A stretch of DNA of 64,000 bases, taken from assembly GCF_009914755.1 (NCBI RefSeq), contig NC_060934.1. The stretch is one strand, 5' to 3'. Positions 32,812 to 51,571 of the stretch are shown here, one piece after another; positions within the stretch are counted from its first letter, which is position 1, and the number at the start of each line of letters is the position of its first letter. Under the pieces are notes generated by a model. The model ran no database searches. It saw only the letters and a list, made by a program, of their open reading frames with translations, and was not told the origin of the DNA. The translations under genes were made by a program, and so were the position numbers. The DNA is from the human T2T-CHM13v2.0 reference genome, Homo sapiens.

Positions 32812-32981
32812 AAAAAAAAAAAAAAAAAAAGTAAAAAAGAATGGATGTTGGCATGGTTGCAGAGAAAAGGTAACACTTATATACTGTTGGTGGGAGTATA
32901 AACCTCTAAAGAACTCAGTGTGGAGGTTTCTCAAAGAACTGAAAATAGAACCAGCAATCCCAGTACTGGGTATCTACCTAA

Positions 32982-33272
<291 letters not shown>

Positions 33273-33395
33273 GAAATGGCCTGGGAGGAGCCAAGATGGC
33301 TGAATAGGAACAGCTCCGGTCTACAGCTCCCAGCGTGAGCGACGCAGAAGACGGGTGATTTCTGCATTTCCATCTGAGGTACCGGGTTCATCTCA

Positions 33396-33719
33396 CTAGG
33401 GAGTGCCAGACAGTGGGCGCAGGTCAGTGGGTGCGAGCCGAAGCAGGGCAAGGCATTGCCTCATTTGGGAAGCGCAAGGGGTCAGGGAGTTCGCTTTCCA
33501 AGTCAAAGAAAGGGGTGACGGACAGCACCTGGAAAATCGGGTCACTCCCACCCGAATACTGCGCTTTTCCAACAGGCTTAAAAAATGGCACACCATGAGA
33601 TTATATCCTGCACCTGGCTCGGAGGGTCCTACGCCCACGGAGTCTCGCTGATTGCTAGCACAGCAGTCTGAGATCAAACTGCAAGACGGCAGCGAGGCTG
33701 GGGGAGGGGCGCCCGCCAT
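33396..33719 (-). CDS. L1 ORF0 (antisense), open, 107 aa
   Basis: MAGAPPPASLPSCSLISDCCASNQRDSVGVGPSEPG is the ORF0 N-terminus; expression unknown. Confidence 0.6.
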   Translation of the reverse strand: MAGAPPPASLPSCSLISDCCASNQRDSVGVGPSEPGAGYNLMVCHFLSLLEKRSIRVGVTRFSRCCPSPLSLTWKANSLTPCASQMRQCLALLRLAPTDLRPLSGTP

Positions 33720-34179
33720 TGCCCAGGCTTGATTAGGTAAACAAAGAAGCCGGGAAGTTCGGGAAGCTCAAAGTGGGTGGAGCCCACCACAGCTCAAGGA
33801 GGCCTGCCTGCCTCTGTAGGCTCCACCTCTGGGGGCAGGGCACACACAAACAAAAAGACAGCAGTAACCTCTGCAGACTTAAATGTCCCTGACAGCTTTG
33901 AAGAGAGCAGTGGTTCTCCCAGCACGCAACTGGAGATCTGAGAACGGGCGGACTGCCTCCTCAAGTGGGTCCCTGACCCCTGACCCCCAGGCAGCCTAAC
34001 TGGGAGGCACCCCCAACCAGGGGCACACTGACACCTCACACGGCAGGGTATTCCAACAGAACTGCAGCTGAGGGTCCTGTCTGTTAGAAGGAAAACTAAC
34101 AAACACAAAGGACATCCACACCAAAAACCCATCTGTACATCACCATCATCAAAGACCAAAAGTAGATAAAACCACAAAG

Positions 34180-35198
34180 ATGGGGAAAAAAACAGAACAG
34201 AAAAACTGGAAACTCTAAAAAGCAGAGCGCCTCTCCTCCTCCAAAGGAATGCAGTTCCTCACCAGCAACGGAACAAAGCTGGATGGAGAATGACTTTGAC
34301 GAGCTGAGAGAAGAAGGCTTCAGACGATCAAATTACTCTGAGCTATGGCAGGACATTCAAACCAAAGGCAAAGAAGTTGAAAACTTTGAAAAAAATTTAG
34401 AAGAATGTATAACTAGAATAACCAATACAGAGAAGTGCTTAAAGGAGCTAATGGAGCTGAAAACCAAGGCTCGAGAACTATGGGAAGAATGCAGAAGCCT
34501 CAGGAGCCGATGCGATCAGCTGGAAGAAAAGGTATCAGCAATGGAAGATGAAATGAATGAAATGAAGCAAGAAGGGAAGTTTAGAGAAAAAAGAATAAAA
34601 AGAAATGAGCAAAGCCTCCAAGAAATATGGGACTATGTGAAAAGACCAAATCTACGTCTGACTGGTGTACCTGAAAGTGACGGGGAGAAGGGAGCCAAGT
34701 TGGAAAACACGCTGCAGGATATTATCCAGGAGAACTTCCCCAATCTAGCAAGGCAGGCCAACATTCAGATTCAGGAAATACAGAGAACTCCACAAAGATA
34801 CTACTCGAGAAGAGCAACTCCAAGACACATAATTGTCAGATTCACCAAAGTTGAAATGAAGGAAAAAAATGTTAAGGGCAGCCAGAGAGAAAGGTCAGGT
34901 TACCCTCAAAGGGAAGCCCATCAGAATAACAGCAGATCTCTTGGCAGAAACCCTACAAGCCAGAAGAGAGTGGGGGCCGATATTCAACATTCTTAAAGAA
35001 AAGAATTTTCAACCCAGAATTTCATATCCAGCCAAACTAAGCTTCATAAGTGAAGGAGAAATAAAATCCTTTACAGACAAGCAAATGCTGAGAGATTTTG
35101 TCACTACCAGGCCTGCCTTACAAGAGCTCCTGAAGGAAGCACTAAACATGGAAAGGAACAACCGGTACCAGCCACTGCAAAATCATGCCAAAATGTAA
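34180..35198 (+). pseudogene. L1 ORF1p, frameshifted
   Basis: ATG at 34180; extra A in runs at ~34186-34192 and ~34863-34869; fragments of 237 and 109 aa. Confidence 0.9.
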
Positions 35199-35261
35199 AG
35201 ACCATTGAGACGAGGAAGAAACTGCATCAACTAACGAGCAAAATCACCAGCTAACATCATA

Positions 35262-39780
<4,519 letters not shown>

Positions 39781-40849
39781 CTAGCAGCATTATTCACGAT
39801 ATCAAAATTATGGAACCAAGCTAAGTGTCCATCAACAGTTGACTGAATAAATAAAATATGGTACATATGTGCCACAGAATATTACCCAGCCTTTAAAAAG
39901 AATGAAATTATGTCCTTTGCCACAATATGGATGGAGCTGGAGGCCATTATCATAAGCAGAGTAACTCAGAAACAGAAAACCAAATACTGCATATTCACAC
40001 TTATAAGTGGGAGCTAAACAATCGGTACAAATTGACACAAAGATGGAAATAATAGACAACTGTGGACTCCAAAAGGGGGGAGGGTGGAAAGGGGTGAGGA
40101 CTCACTATTTGGATAATGTTGACTATTTAGGTAATGGGTACACTAAAAGTCCAATCCCCACCAGTTCACAATATGCCCATGTAGCAAACATGCACATGTA
40201 CTCCTGAATCTAAAATCAAACAAAGTTAAAAACATAAAAAGCTTAGTTATGCTAAAAATAACTCCCCCCCTCAAAGAAAAACAGCAAAAGCCCCCACTAA
40301 AACAAGAGAAAACATAACTGGTAGGCTGAGTAGACTGTCTTCCTGATGTGAGTGGGCCTCATCTGGTCAGTTGAAGGATTGAATAAAACAAGCCTTCTTA
40401 TTGACACATTAGCTTTTTCCTGCCTTAGGACTTGAATTGAAAGATCTGCTCTTCCTGGGCCTCATGCTTGCAGGCCTTCAGCCTGGAACTACACAACTGG
40501 CTCTCCTGGGTCCCCAAACATGGACTCATCATCCTTCAGATCTTGAGAGTTGTCAACCTCCATAATTGCATGATTGCATAAGCCAATTCCTTATGATAAA
40601 TCTCTCTCATATATATACACATATGTAAATATATACACATGTATATATGCAAGTATACAAACACACACACACACATGCACACACACACTTAGTTTCTCTG
40701 GAGAACCTGATATAATACTTAAAGCACATTTAATGAGGAATTACAATATTCCAGGTAGGCCTTGGGCTAGGGGCTCCTACATTTTATTTTCAGAACCCTG
40801 GGTGGTAGAGTAGATTGACCCAGTTTGAAGATGGTAAGTGAAAACCAGA

Positions 40850-41784
40850 GAGGAGTTCCAGATCCAGTGAACTACTTTCACTTGTTAGTGGGGACACAAG
40901 CTTCATCCAAATTGGTAGGCCACTCCTGCCACCCCCAGCCACTCTGGGGTGGATAAGTGGTCATTCCCAGGAAGGTGATCAAGCTCCCCTTCTGTCCTTA
41001 TGGGACGGACTTTTCCAGGGCCCAACCTTACCGCAGTTCAGTAGTCTGCCTCTGTGCTGCTCCTGTGACTGTCCCGCAACTCCCGAGTCGGTTGCGTTTG
41101 CACTGTCAGGGGAAGGCTCCAATAAACAGGAGAGCCATTCTCCTTCTGGGCTAAGTCTTACCCAGTGGCACCAAGGGTCCCAAATCTCCTGCATCCTGTG
41201 GCTCTAGCCCACAGGCAAAGGAGACAGAAACCTGCCATCTCCAATCCCAGACAGGCCCCCAGATATGTTACGGGACAATCAGAGATGGGAGAGACCGAAC
41301 AGAATTCAGGAAAGCCTTTATTAAGTTGATCACCTGGCTCAGTAGGACTAGTGTCCAGGAAAGTCTGAACCCTGGACAAAGAATGCAGCCTCCTTTTAAG
41401 CTTCCAGTGGCCAGGAGCTATGTGATGCAGGAAGTGTACTTACAGAAGTGAGAACAAAGGCAGTTGATCAGTCTTTTACATTTACCTATACTACTTGTTC
41501 CACATCCTTGGGAAACAATGTTTCTGTAACATATACTTATCAACCTTGTAACTTTGCAGCTGCACTAGGGAGGTGAAGCAGGAATTCATTGAGCCCCAAG
41601 GAATGGGAAACTGGTGAGTACAGATAAGGCTTGCTGAGCACAGAAGGAAAACCAGGCAGTTAGTATTCTTCTCTAACTTAGACTATGGGGGTGGGGGCTA
41701 TACTACACTTAGCTTAGAAGGAAAAAGTAAAAATTTCTTGGTGGTCTTTGATTATACTTGCAAAATTCATGAATTCCTTCTTCA
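40850..41784 (-). mobile_element. Truncated class I ERV: 5' LTR (41266-41784), PBS-Pro, splice donor, leader
   Basis: TGAAGAAGG...TAACA LTR with AATAAA; PBS TGGGGGCCTGTCTGGGAT (41261-41244); donor TGG|GTAAGA at 41162. Confidence 0.75.
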
Positions 41785-41786
41785 TT

Positions 41787-41867
41787 GGAGGTTGCAGTGA
41801 GTTGAGATCATGCCACTGCGCTCCAGCCTGGTGACAGAGCTAGACTCCGTCTCAAAAAAAAAAAAAA
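41787..41867 (+). mobile_element. Alu 3' fragment
   Basis: GGAGGTTGCAGTGAG...A tail. Confidence 0.85.
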
Positions 41868-42816
41868 GTATTTGTAAATTTGGGATACAATTTACATACA
41901 AAAATTACTCCCTTAAAAGTGTGTAATTCAATAATAATTATAGTCACAAAGTTGTACAACCATCACCACTATCTAATTCCAGAACATTTTGATCACCCTT
42001 CAGCTTCTTTTAGTTCTCCCAGAACTCTCCACATTGATCCCACTCTGGCTACCAGCACTAGCTGGACAGTAATGACTCTCAGAGGTGAACACAATATGCC
42101 TCAACATGCCTTTCTGGAAGTTCACATAGGAACTGCACAGCACCTGAATTCCAGTTCTGCAAAGCTCTTCTCTGAATACTGGAGGTACCAGCATGATCCT
42201 GGCACTGCCCCTGCCTCCGCTGTCTGTCTAATTGTAGCTCTCTGGGGCCACTCTTGTGAGTTTCTAAGTTCTGAGGACCTTAATCTTTTCCACTGTTTCC
42301 CAGCCCTAGACAGGTAGCTGCTACCTGATGTTGTCATCCCGTGTTAGCTCAGTGTTCATTTTTACCATTAAAACACCTGCTTTAAATAATCTTCATCAAA
42401 TTCTCTCAGTTGTAATACTTGAGTGATCTCTCTTTTACCATTTGAAACCTGATTGATGTAAATATACTTGCACAAATCAACAATAATTTATTTTATTATT
42501 ATAAAGTTATATAAGTGGAATTACAATATTATAAGTCCTTTAAAGTTTAATTAAAATGAGGTTCTTGCCAAGAATGTACATTGTGTAAAGGGCCCCCTGC
42601 TCAATAAATTGTGCTGGGAAAACTGCATATCCATATGCAGAAAAACAAAACTTGATCCCTACCTATCACCATGTACAAAAATCAACTCAAAATGGATTAA
42701 AGACTTAAACATAAGACCAAAAATTGTAAAAATACTAGAAGAAAACCTAGAGAAAACTCTTCAGGGCATTGGTCTAGGCAAAACTTTTATGACTAAGATT
42801 TAAAAAGCACAGACAG

Positions 42817-43455
<639 letters not shown>

Positions 43456-43464
43456 TCACAGACA

Positions 43465-43774
43465 GGCCAGGCACAGTGGCATACACCTGTAATCCTAGCA
43501 CTTTGGGAAGGTGAGGTGGGCAGATTCCTGAGCACAGGAGTTCGAGACCAGCCTGTGCAACATGGTGAAACCCCATCTCTACTAAAAATACAAAGTTTAG
43601 CCAGGCATGGTGGTGGGCACCTGTAATCCCAGCTGCTTGGGAGGCTGAGGCAGGAGGATCACTTGAGCCCAGGAGGTAGAGGCTTTAGTGAGCTATAATC
43701 ACACCATTGCATTCCAGCCTGTGCAACAGGGTGACAGCATGTCTCAAAATAAATAAACAAACAAATAAATAAAA
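43465..43774 (+). mobile_element. Alu (AluJ-like)
   Basis: Consensus. Confidence 0.88.
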
Positions 43775-44863
43775 GCACAGACAACAACAACAAAAAGAAA
43801 TGGGACTGTATTAAACTAAAAAGTTGCACAGCAAAGGAAACAATTATGAGAGTGAAGAGACAACCTGTAGAACAGTAGAGAATACTTGCAAACTATTTAT
43901 CCAAAAGGGACTAATATCCAGAATATACAAATAACTCAAAAAACTTGACAGCAAAAACAAAAACAAAAACAAGTAATCTGATTAAAATGTGGGCAAAGGA
44001 TCTGAATAGATATTTCTTAAAAGAAGACATACAAATGGCAAATAAGTATATGAAAAATGTCCAACATCACTAATCATCAGGGAAATGCCAATCAAAATCA
44101 CAATGAGGCATCATCTCACCCTCGTTAGAATGTCTATTATAAAAAATATAAAAAATAAGTGCTGGTAAGGATGCACAGAAAAGGGAACTCTTAGACACTA
44201 TTGGTGGGAATGTAAATTAGTACAACCATTATAGAAAACAATGTGGAGGTTTCTCAAAAAATGAAATAGAACTACCATACAATCCAACAATCACACTGCT
44301 TGGGCACATATGCAAAGGAAGGGAAATCCATATTTCTAAGGGATACCTGCACTCCTGTGTTTATAGCAGCACTATTCACAATAGCCAAGATATAATATCA
44401 ACCTAAATGTTCACCAACAGATGAACGGAAAAAGAAAATATGGTATATAAACACAGTGGAATATTATTATGCTATAAAAATGAAATCCTGTCATTTGCAA
44501 CAACATGGATGGGCCTGGATGTCATTAAGTGAAATAAGTCAGACACAGAAAGATAATTACTGCACATTTTCACTTATATTTGGGAGCTAAAAAAATTGGG
44601 GCTCATAGAAGTAGTGAGTAGAATTATGGGCATTAGAGAGTGAGGGGATAGTGGGGAGGGAAGGATGGGGAAAGTTTGGTACATGAACACAAAATTACAG
44701 CTAGATAGAAGAAATGAGCTCTGGTGTTCCACAGCCCTGTAGAGTAAATATGATTGACTGTAATATCAGTCTATATCCCCTAAATATTCACAATTATTAG
44801 GTGTCAACTAAATATAAAAGGGAAAAAGGTACAAAAACAGAAAAAATGAGAGGCAAAAAATCA

Positions 44864-45214
<351 letters not shown>

Positions 45215-45221
45215 GAATAGC

Positions 45222-45697
45222 TGTGATGGTAAACTTGACTTGGTCACAGGGTGTCCAGATTAAACATTACTTATGGGTGCATCTGTGAGGGTGTTTACAG
45301 ATTAGATTAGCATTTGAATCAGTGGACTCAGTAAAGCAGATTGCCCTCCTTATGTGTATGGACATGATTCAATCCACTGAGGGTCTGGATAGAACACAAG
45401 GCAGAGGAAGGAGGAATTCACCCATATTTTCTGCCTCATTGTTGAGTTGGGACATTTCATCTCATCCTCTCCTGTCCTTAGACTGGGATTTACACCATTG
45501 GCTTCCCTGGTTCTCAGGCCTCTGGACTCATACCAGAATTACACCACCAGCATTCCTGGATCTCTAGCTTGCAAATGACAGACTGTGGGACTTCTTAGCC
45601 TCCATAATCATGTGAACCAATTTCTCACCACCAATGTCTCTTTCTGCCTTACTCCCTCCTATTGGTTCTGTTTCTCTTGAGAATCATGACTAATACA
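45222..45697 (+). mobile_element. MLT2 (ERVL) LTR
   Basis: TGTGATGG...TTGGTTCTGTTTCTC...GACTAATACA. Confidence 0.75.
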
Positions 45698-45889
45698 CTG
45701 GGAATAAACATTTCCCCAAGCCCATACCATAGGTGTATATTAGTGTTTTTTTCAATCTTTTCAAATCTTAAATTTAAAAATATTTTATTTATTTATAATT
45801 TCCCCCAGTTGGAAACAACTAGCATATCCCTGGACTGGGGAATGGATAAGGAAACTGGTAAATCCGTACCAAGAAATAGGAGTCAGCAA

Positions 45890-46379
45890 TGTCAGAGATG
45901 ATAAATTCTTCTTCAAAAAGCTTAAGTTCCCTGTTCTTTGTTGCTTAAGACCAACTTCCTTGTACTTCCTTGTCTCCTAGCTACCTGTTCTGTAAACAAC
46001 CTTCCTGCCTTTGCTGTGCACAGACAAGTCCAGATATGACTTCCCACCTTTGCCGTGCCCAGACAAGTCCAGATATGCCTTCCCACCTAGTAATGGACAG
46101 TCCTCCTTCCTTCCCGCCTAATAGACCCTATTCAATTTTAAACCTTAGCCAATAGAGTTAGCTTAGACTGTGAGGTCCAACCCCAGCCAATGGGGAAGGG
46201 ACACAGAAGTGCTAGGAACTGTATCAGGGATAAAATCCCCTGCCCTACCCCTCTCAGTGTACTCTTGTGATCGTGACTGGCACAAGCTGCACCCTTCTGC
46301 AGAAGTAAATTTGCCTTGCTGAGGAATTTTCTGCCTACGCGCTGGTTTTCTCTGTGGCACCGGGCACTTGTTTCTAACA
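45890..46379 (+). mobile_element. LTR10-type (HERV-I group) solo LTR
   Basis: TGTCAGAGATGATAAATTC...CACTTGTTTCTAACA; two CCAAT boxes, GATAAAA, AGTAAA; flanks gcaa/gcag. Confidence 0.7.
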
Positions 46380-46695
46380 GCAGGAAAAGCAAACAGAGGT
46401 ATTGGTACACAAAACAACACAGAAGGATCTCAATTGCATTGTGTTAAGAGATACCAGATTCAACAACTACATACTGTGTGATTCCATTTATATAATATCC
46501 TAAAAAAGGCAAACATATAGGCCCAAAGAATAGATAGCGGTTGCAAGAGGCTAAGAGTGGTGAGAGAATCTGACTTTAAAAAGGTAGCATGGAGGAATTT
46601 TATTGACAGAGATGAAACAATTTTGTGTCTTGCTTGTAGTGGTGGTTACACAAATCTATGCATTGTCAAAACTCATAAAATTATGCATCAAATAA

Positions 46696-47080
<385 letters not shown>

Positions 47081-47210
47081 ATATTTGCATTACTTTCAAT
47101 TCTCATAATGGACTTAAAAAGTTTTGCTGGAATGGAGTTGCTTATTTTTCTCTATTATAAAATGTGACTGATATTAAATTTATAGTTTCTGTCTTTGGCA
47201 TCACATCCCT

Positions 47211-47503
47211 TGTTGTTTTTTTTGAGACAAGGTCTCACTTTGTCACCCATGCTGGAGTGCAGTGGTGCCATGATGGCTTACTGCAGCCCGGGGCTCAAGT
47301 GATCCTCCAACCTCAGCCTCCTGAGTAGCTGGGATCACAGGTGCCTGCCTACATGCCAGGCTAATGGTTATTTTTAGTTTTTTGTAGAGATGGGGGTCCC
47401 ACTATAGTGCCCAGGCTGGTCTTGAACTCCAAGGATCAAGTGGTCCTCCTGCCTCCGCCTCCCAAAGTGCTGGGGTTACAGGTGTGGGCCACTGTGCCTG
47501 GTC
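47211..47503 (-). mobile_element. Alu (AluJ-like)
   Basis: Consensus. Confidence 0.85.
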
Positions 47504-48422
47504 CACTTGTCAATTTTCAAAAATTTTTACTCTTTTAGTGGTTTAAATGTTTAAGTATTGTATACATGTGAGATTTTATCATGTGTGATCTATGTATATC
47601 TCTACATTCCAAATTGCTCGGAATGACATGCTCTTTGGAATACTCCATTCTTTCCCTCACTGTTTTGAAATGCTGTATCTACTACACATTAAAGAATACT
47701 CTTAAGCTGTCTTATTTCCATGGAGCAGGTGCCAAACTACTTTGAATAGAGCAATATTATATAGATAGATGTAGATAGATACAGATATTCCTTAGGCATT
47801 TTTTTCCTGCTTTTTAAAATGTATACTGGCTGTTCATTTGGGTTTTTACTTATTCTAGATAAAGTTGAGAATGCTTTTGTGAAGTACAGAATACACTAAA
47901 GATCAAAGAGAAAAAATACATAACAAAAATTTGTTGATATTCTTTTAGGAATTTTGTCTTCCTAAGAAAGGTACAGATAGACTAAAAGTATTTCCATTTA
48001 GTCAAGCAATTTTAATGTCACAGAGGAAATCATACGTGACATTTACTTTCTTCTTTCAGATTATGTCTAGTTCCTTACTGAGCTACAATTTCCGTTTATT
48101 GCTTTAACCATTTTGATGAAGTAGCTTTCCGGCCGCACCTTCCCCTTTTTTCCCCCGCTCCCAAAGAACCGCTGATAGCATGAAAGTCTTTTAAACTGTA
48201 TGGACGAGATCTATTTCCTAACATTTAAACGGAAAATGACACGCAGCGGTCCTTTCCTTGAGCGTCTGCGTCTAAACTGCCCACAGACCTCCCCCGCAGT
48301 ATATCCCTTTGGAGTGCCCCGGGGAAAGCCAGGGCTGCAGGCAGTTCCAGCACCAACTCAGACCGCATCTGCCCACTGCCTAGCGGGGCACTTCTCTACC
48401 AATCCGAAGGGCTGCTCGCCCG

Positions 48423-48443
48423 GCCTCACGGGAAAGGTAGTTT
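48423..48443 (-). promoter_or_regulatory. ZNF143/THAP11 SBS motif
   Basis: Reverse complement AAACTACCTTTCCCGTGAGGC. Confidence 0.65.
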
Positions 48444-48499
48444 CCAGGTAGGGCGCCAACAGCATCAAGCTGTGCGCGTGGGCTCTGCGCATGCCTCGT

Positions 48500-48625
48500 C
48501 CGCCGGCTACGTCTGCGTTTCCGCCTTTCCTTTTGTTTTTCTCAGGTTTTGCGTGGGAGGCGGTCCCGGGATTTCAAGGGTCTACGCGCTTTTCTATGGC
48601 GAATGCAACCCGACGAGGGAGTGGG
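48500..48625 (+). other. ZNF33A: ZNF33A exon 1 (TSS approximate; contains upstream ATGs)
   Basis: Strong donor GGG|GTAAGC at 48625/48626 in the CpG island. Confidence 0.75.
48596..48625 (+). CDS. ZNF33A: Alternative ZNF33A N-terminus MANATRRGSG (in frame if exon 2 is skipped, otherwise a uORF)
   Basis: ATG at 48596 + 30 nt ends phase 0 at the donor; exon 3 is phase 0. Confidence 0.5.
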
Positions 48626-49145
48626 GTAAGCCCCAGTGGGTTGGGCAGGGAGAGAGAGGGAGCCCCGCGCGACTCCTGGGGCGGGCGGCAGGGGGCCGGT
48701 ACCAAGTGGTGGGGAGGAGGCCCGGGGACCTCATAGGGGAAGGCGGGGACGGCGGGGCTGCAGCGTGTGGGCCACGACGCTAGGCCGGTTCCTCAAAGGC
48801 GCGGCCTCTGTACGGAGCAGGGTACGCAGCGTGTGTCGCCCCATTTGTGGGGGCCGCGGAGGAGGGCATGTGCGCTTGCGCAGTCCGCGCGCTGAGCCTT
48901 GCGGGAGGGGCAGTTCTCTTGTCTAGCCTGTGCGCGTGTGCTAGGGCGCCGCGGTACGTGGGCGGGGAAAGGCGGGTGCAGTCGCCCGCCAGACCGGCAG
49001 ACTCGGTTGCACGTATTGCATTCATCCTCTTTAGGTTCCGAACTGACCTCCAGTCAGGTCCATCACTGCATCTTGGTATTTGCTGTTCCTCTGTCCTGAC
49101 TTGATCTTGCACTCAGGAAAGATCTTCAAGAATTACCTAATTTTG

Positions 49146-49436
<291 letters not shown>

Positions 49437-50139
49437 GAATTACCTAATTTTGCCTCATTTGTTAGAAGAAAAAGATTTTTTTTGTTTTTTTGTTTGTTAA
49501 GGTCACTGACTTGTTCAGGATCACAGTTAGTAGGGAAGACTAAGTCACATCTCCTGACCCCTAAGCCAGTACTGTCTACTTTTCCACACACATCAAAGCA
49601 AGTTTAAAATATCCCTTTGAGAAATAGCAACAAAGTTAGATGAAGAAATTAAAACTGATTTTTTCTTTGAAGCACTGCCGCTTATGGCTTTCTGTGGAGT
49701 CACTCACCAGAGGTTAAGTAACATTACTGGGAAAATAGATAGCTTAGTCCTATTTTTTACAATGGTTTTAGTGTTAATGTTCCTTCATTAAATATATTGT
49801 TAACTTGTTTGGCCAATATTGTCATTATACTTTTTTTTGTGAACACCGAGGGAGATTGAAATCCTTAGGAAGCAAATATTTACTTTCACCCGGTAAAAAA
49901 TCTTGTGCCCAAGAGCTACATAATTATGTTGGAGTTATTCTTTCACCATTTCTACCGCCTATTCCGAAGTGTTCTTCCACCATTTCTACCCCCTATTCCA
50001 AAGTGTCAGAGGACATTGATACTCTCCCAGAGGAAGCATTTTACCTAGTGGGTGTGTATGGCTTCTTAGGGCGGAAGAATCCAGGAGTTGCCAGGCAGGC
50101 CAAATCTTTCATGACCCCATTCCTCTTTTTCTAACTCAG

Positions 50140-50192
50140 CTGTATCTTCAGAGTTGTCTCCGTCTTTCCAAGAACAGAACAAAATGAACAAG
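50140..50192 (+). other. ZNF33A: ZNF33A exon 2 (44 nt UTR + MNK)
   Basis: ctctttttctaactcag|CTG ... AAG|GTAAGT. Confidence 0.85.
50184..50192 (+). CDS. ZNF33A: ZNF33A start, MNK
   Basis: AAAATGAACAAG|gtaagt; joins exon 3 to give [17 protein letters not shown]. Confidence 0.9.
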
Positions 50193-50208
50193 GTAAGTTG
50201 TTTATTAA

Positions 50209-50600
<392 letters not shown>

Positions 50601-50933
50601 TAGTAATAGATAAAAATTGAACTTCCCAGAAAATATAAAGTAACAGATCAATAGCAGGGCCAAGTTAGAGTCAATAAGTTGAGCTTCGTATGTTTCTTAC
50701 GTTTCCAACAACCATGGCAGAAAGGAAGACACTGGATACAGACAGACTGACTCCTCTGAAGGCACAAAGACTTCCTGGCAGATACCTTTTTTGGTCATAA
50801 CATAGGGACCCATAGTGAATAAGCTTCCAGTGATAACCCTGAAATGAGTGCAGCCTATTGAGTCAAACTGCTTTTTTAATTTTTATTTCACACAGGTTCC
50901 AGTTTTCTTTTGGATGTAGTGTTTGATCAGTAA

Positions 50934-51251
<318 letters not shown>

Positions 51252-51269
51252 GTAAATTAAAATGTATTT

Positions 51270-51571
51270 TATTATTATTTTTTTTTTTGATACAGAGTCT
51301 TGCTCTGTCACCAGGCTGTAGCACAGTGGTGTGATCTTGGCTCACTGCAACCTCCGACTCCCTGGTTCAAGTGATTCTCCTGCCTCGACTCCTTGGTTAA
51401 AGTGATTCTCCTGCCTCAACCTCCCGAGTAGCTGGGATTATAGGCACGCACCACCATACCCAGCTAATTTTTGTATTTTTAGTAGAGACGGGGTTTCACC
51501 ATGTTGGCCAGGCTGGTCTCAGTCTCCTGACCTCGTGATCCCCCACCTTGGCCTCCCAAAGTGCTAGGATT
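51270..51571 (-). mobile_element. Alu with internal ~31-bp duplication
   Basis: gactcc(c/t)tggtt(c/a)aagtgattctcctgcctc twice at 51356-51417. Confidence 0.88.

Larger units (their letters stand above)
48125..49015. promoter_or_regulatory. ZNF33A: CpG-island promoter of ZNF33A
   Basis: GC/CpG-rich; CCAAT at 48399, SBS, NRF1-like TGCGCATGCC at 48486. Confidence 0.9.

Noticed and set aside
41880-42317. 145-aa ORF
   Set aside because: Non-ATG start in an L1 fragment running into degenerate LTR-like sequence
48472-49112. Overlapping ORFs in the ZNF33A island
   Set aside because: GC artefact that runs through the exon 1 donor; only the 48596 and 48603 ATGs were retained as hypotheses
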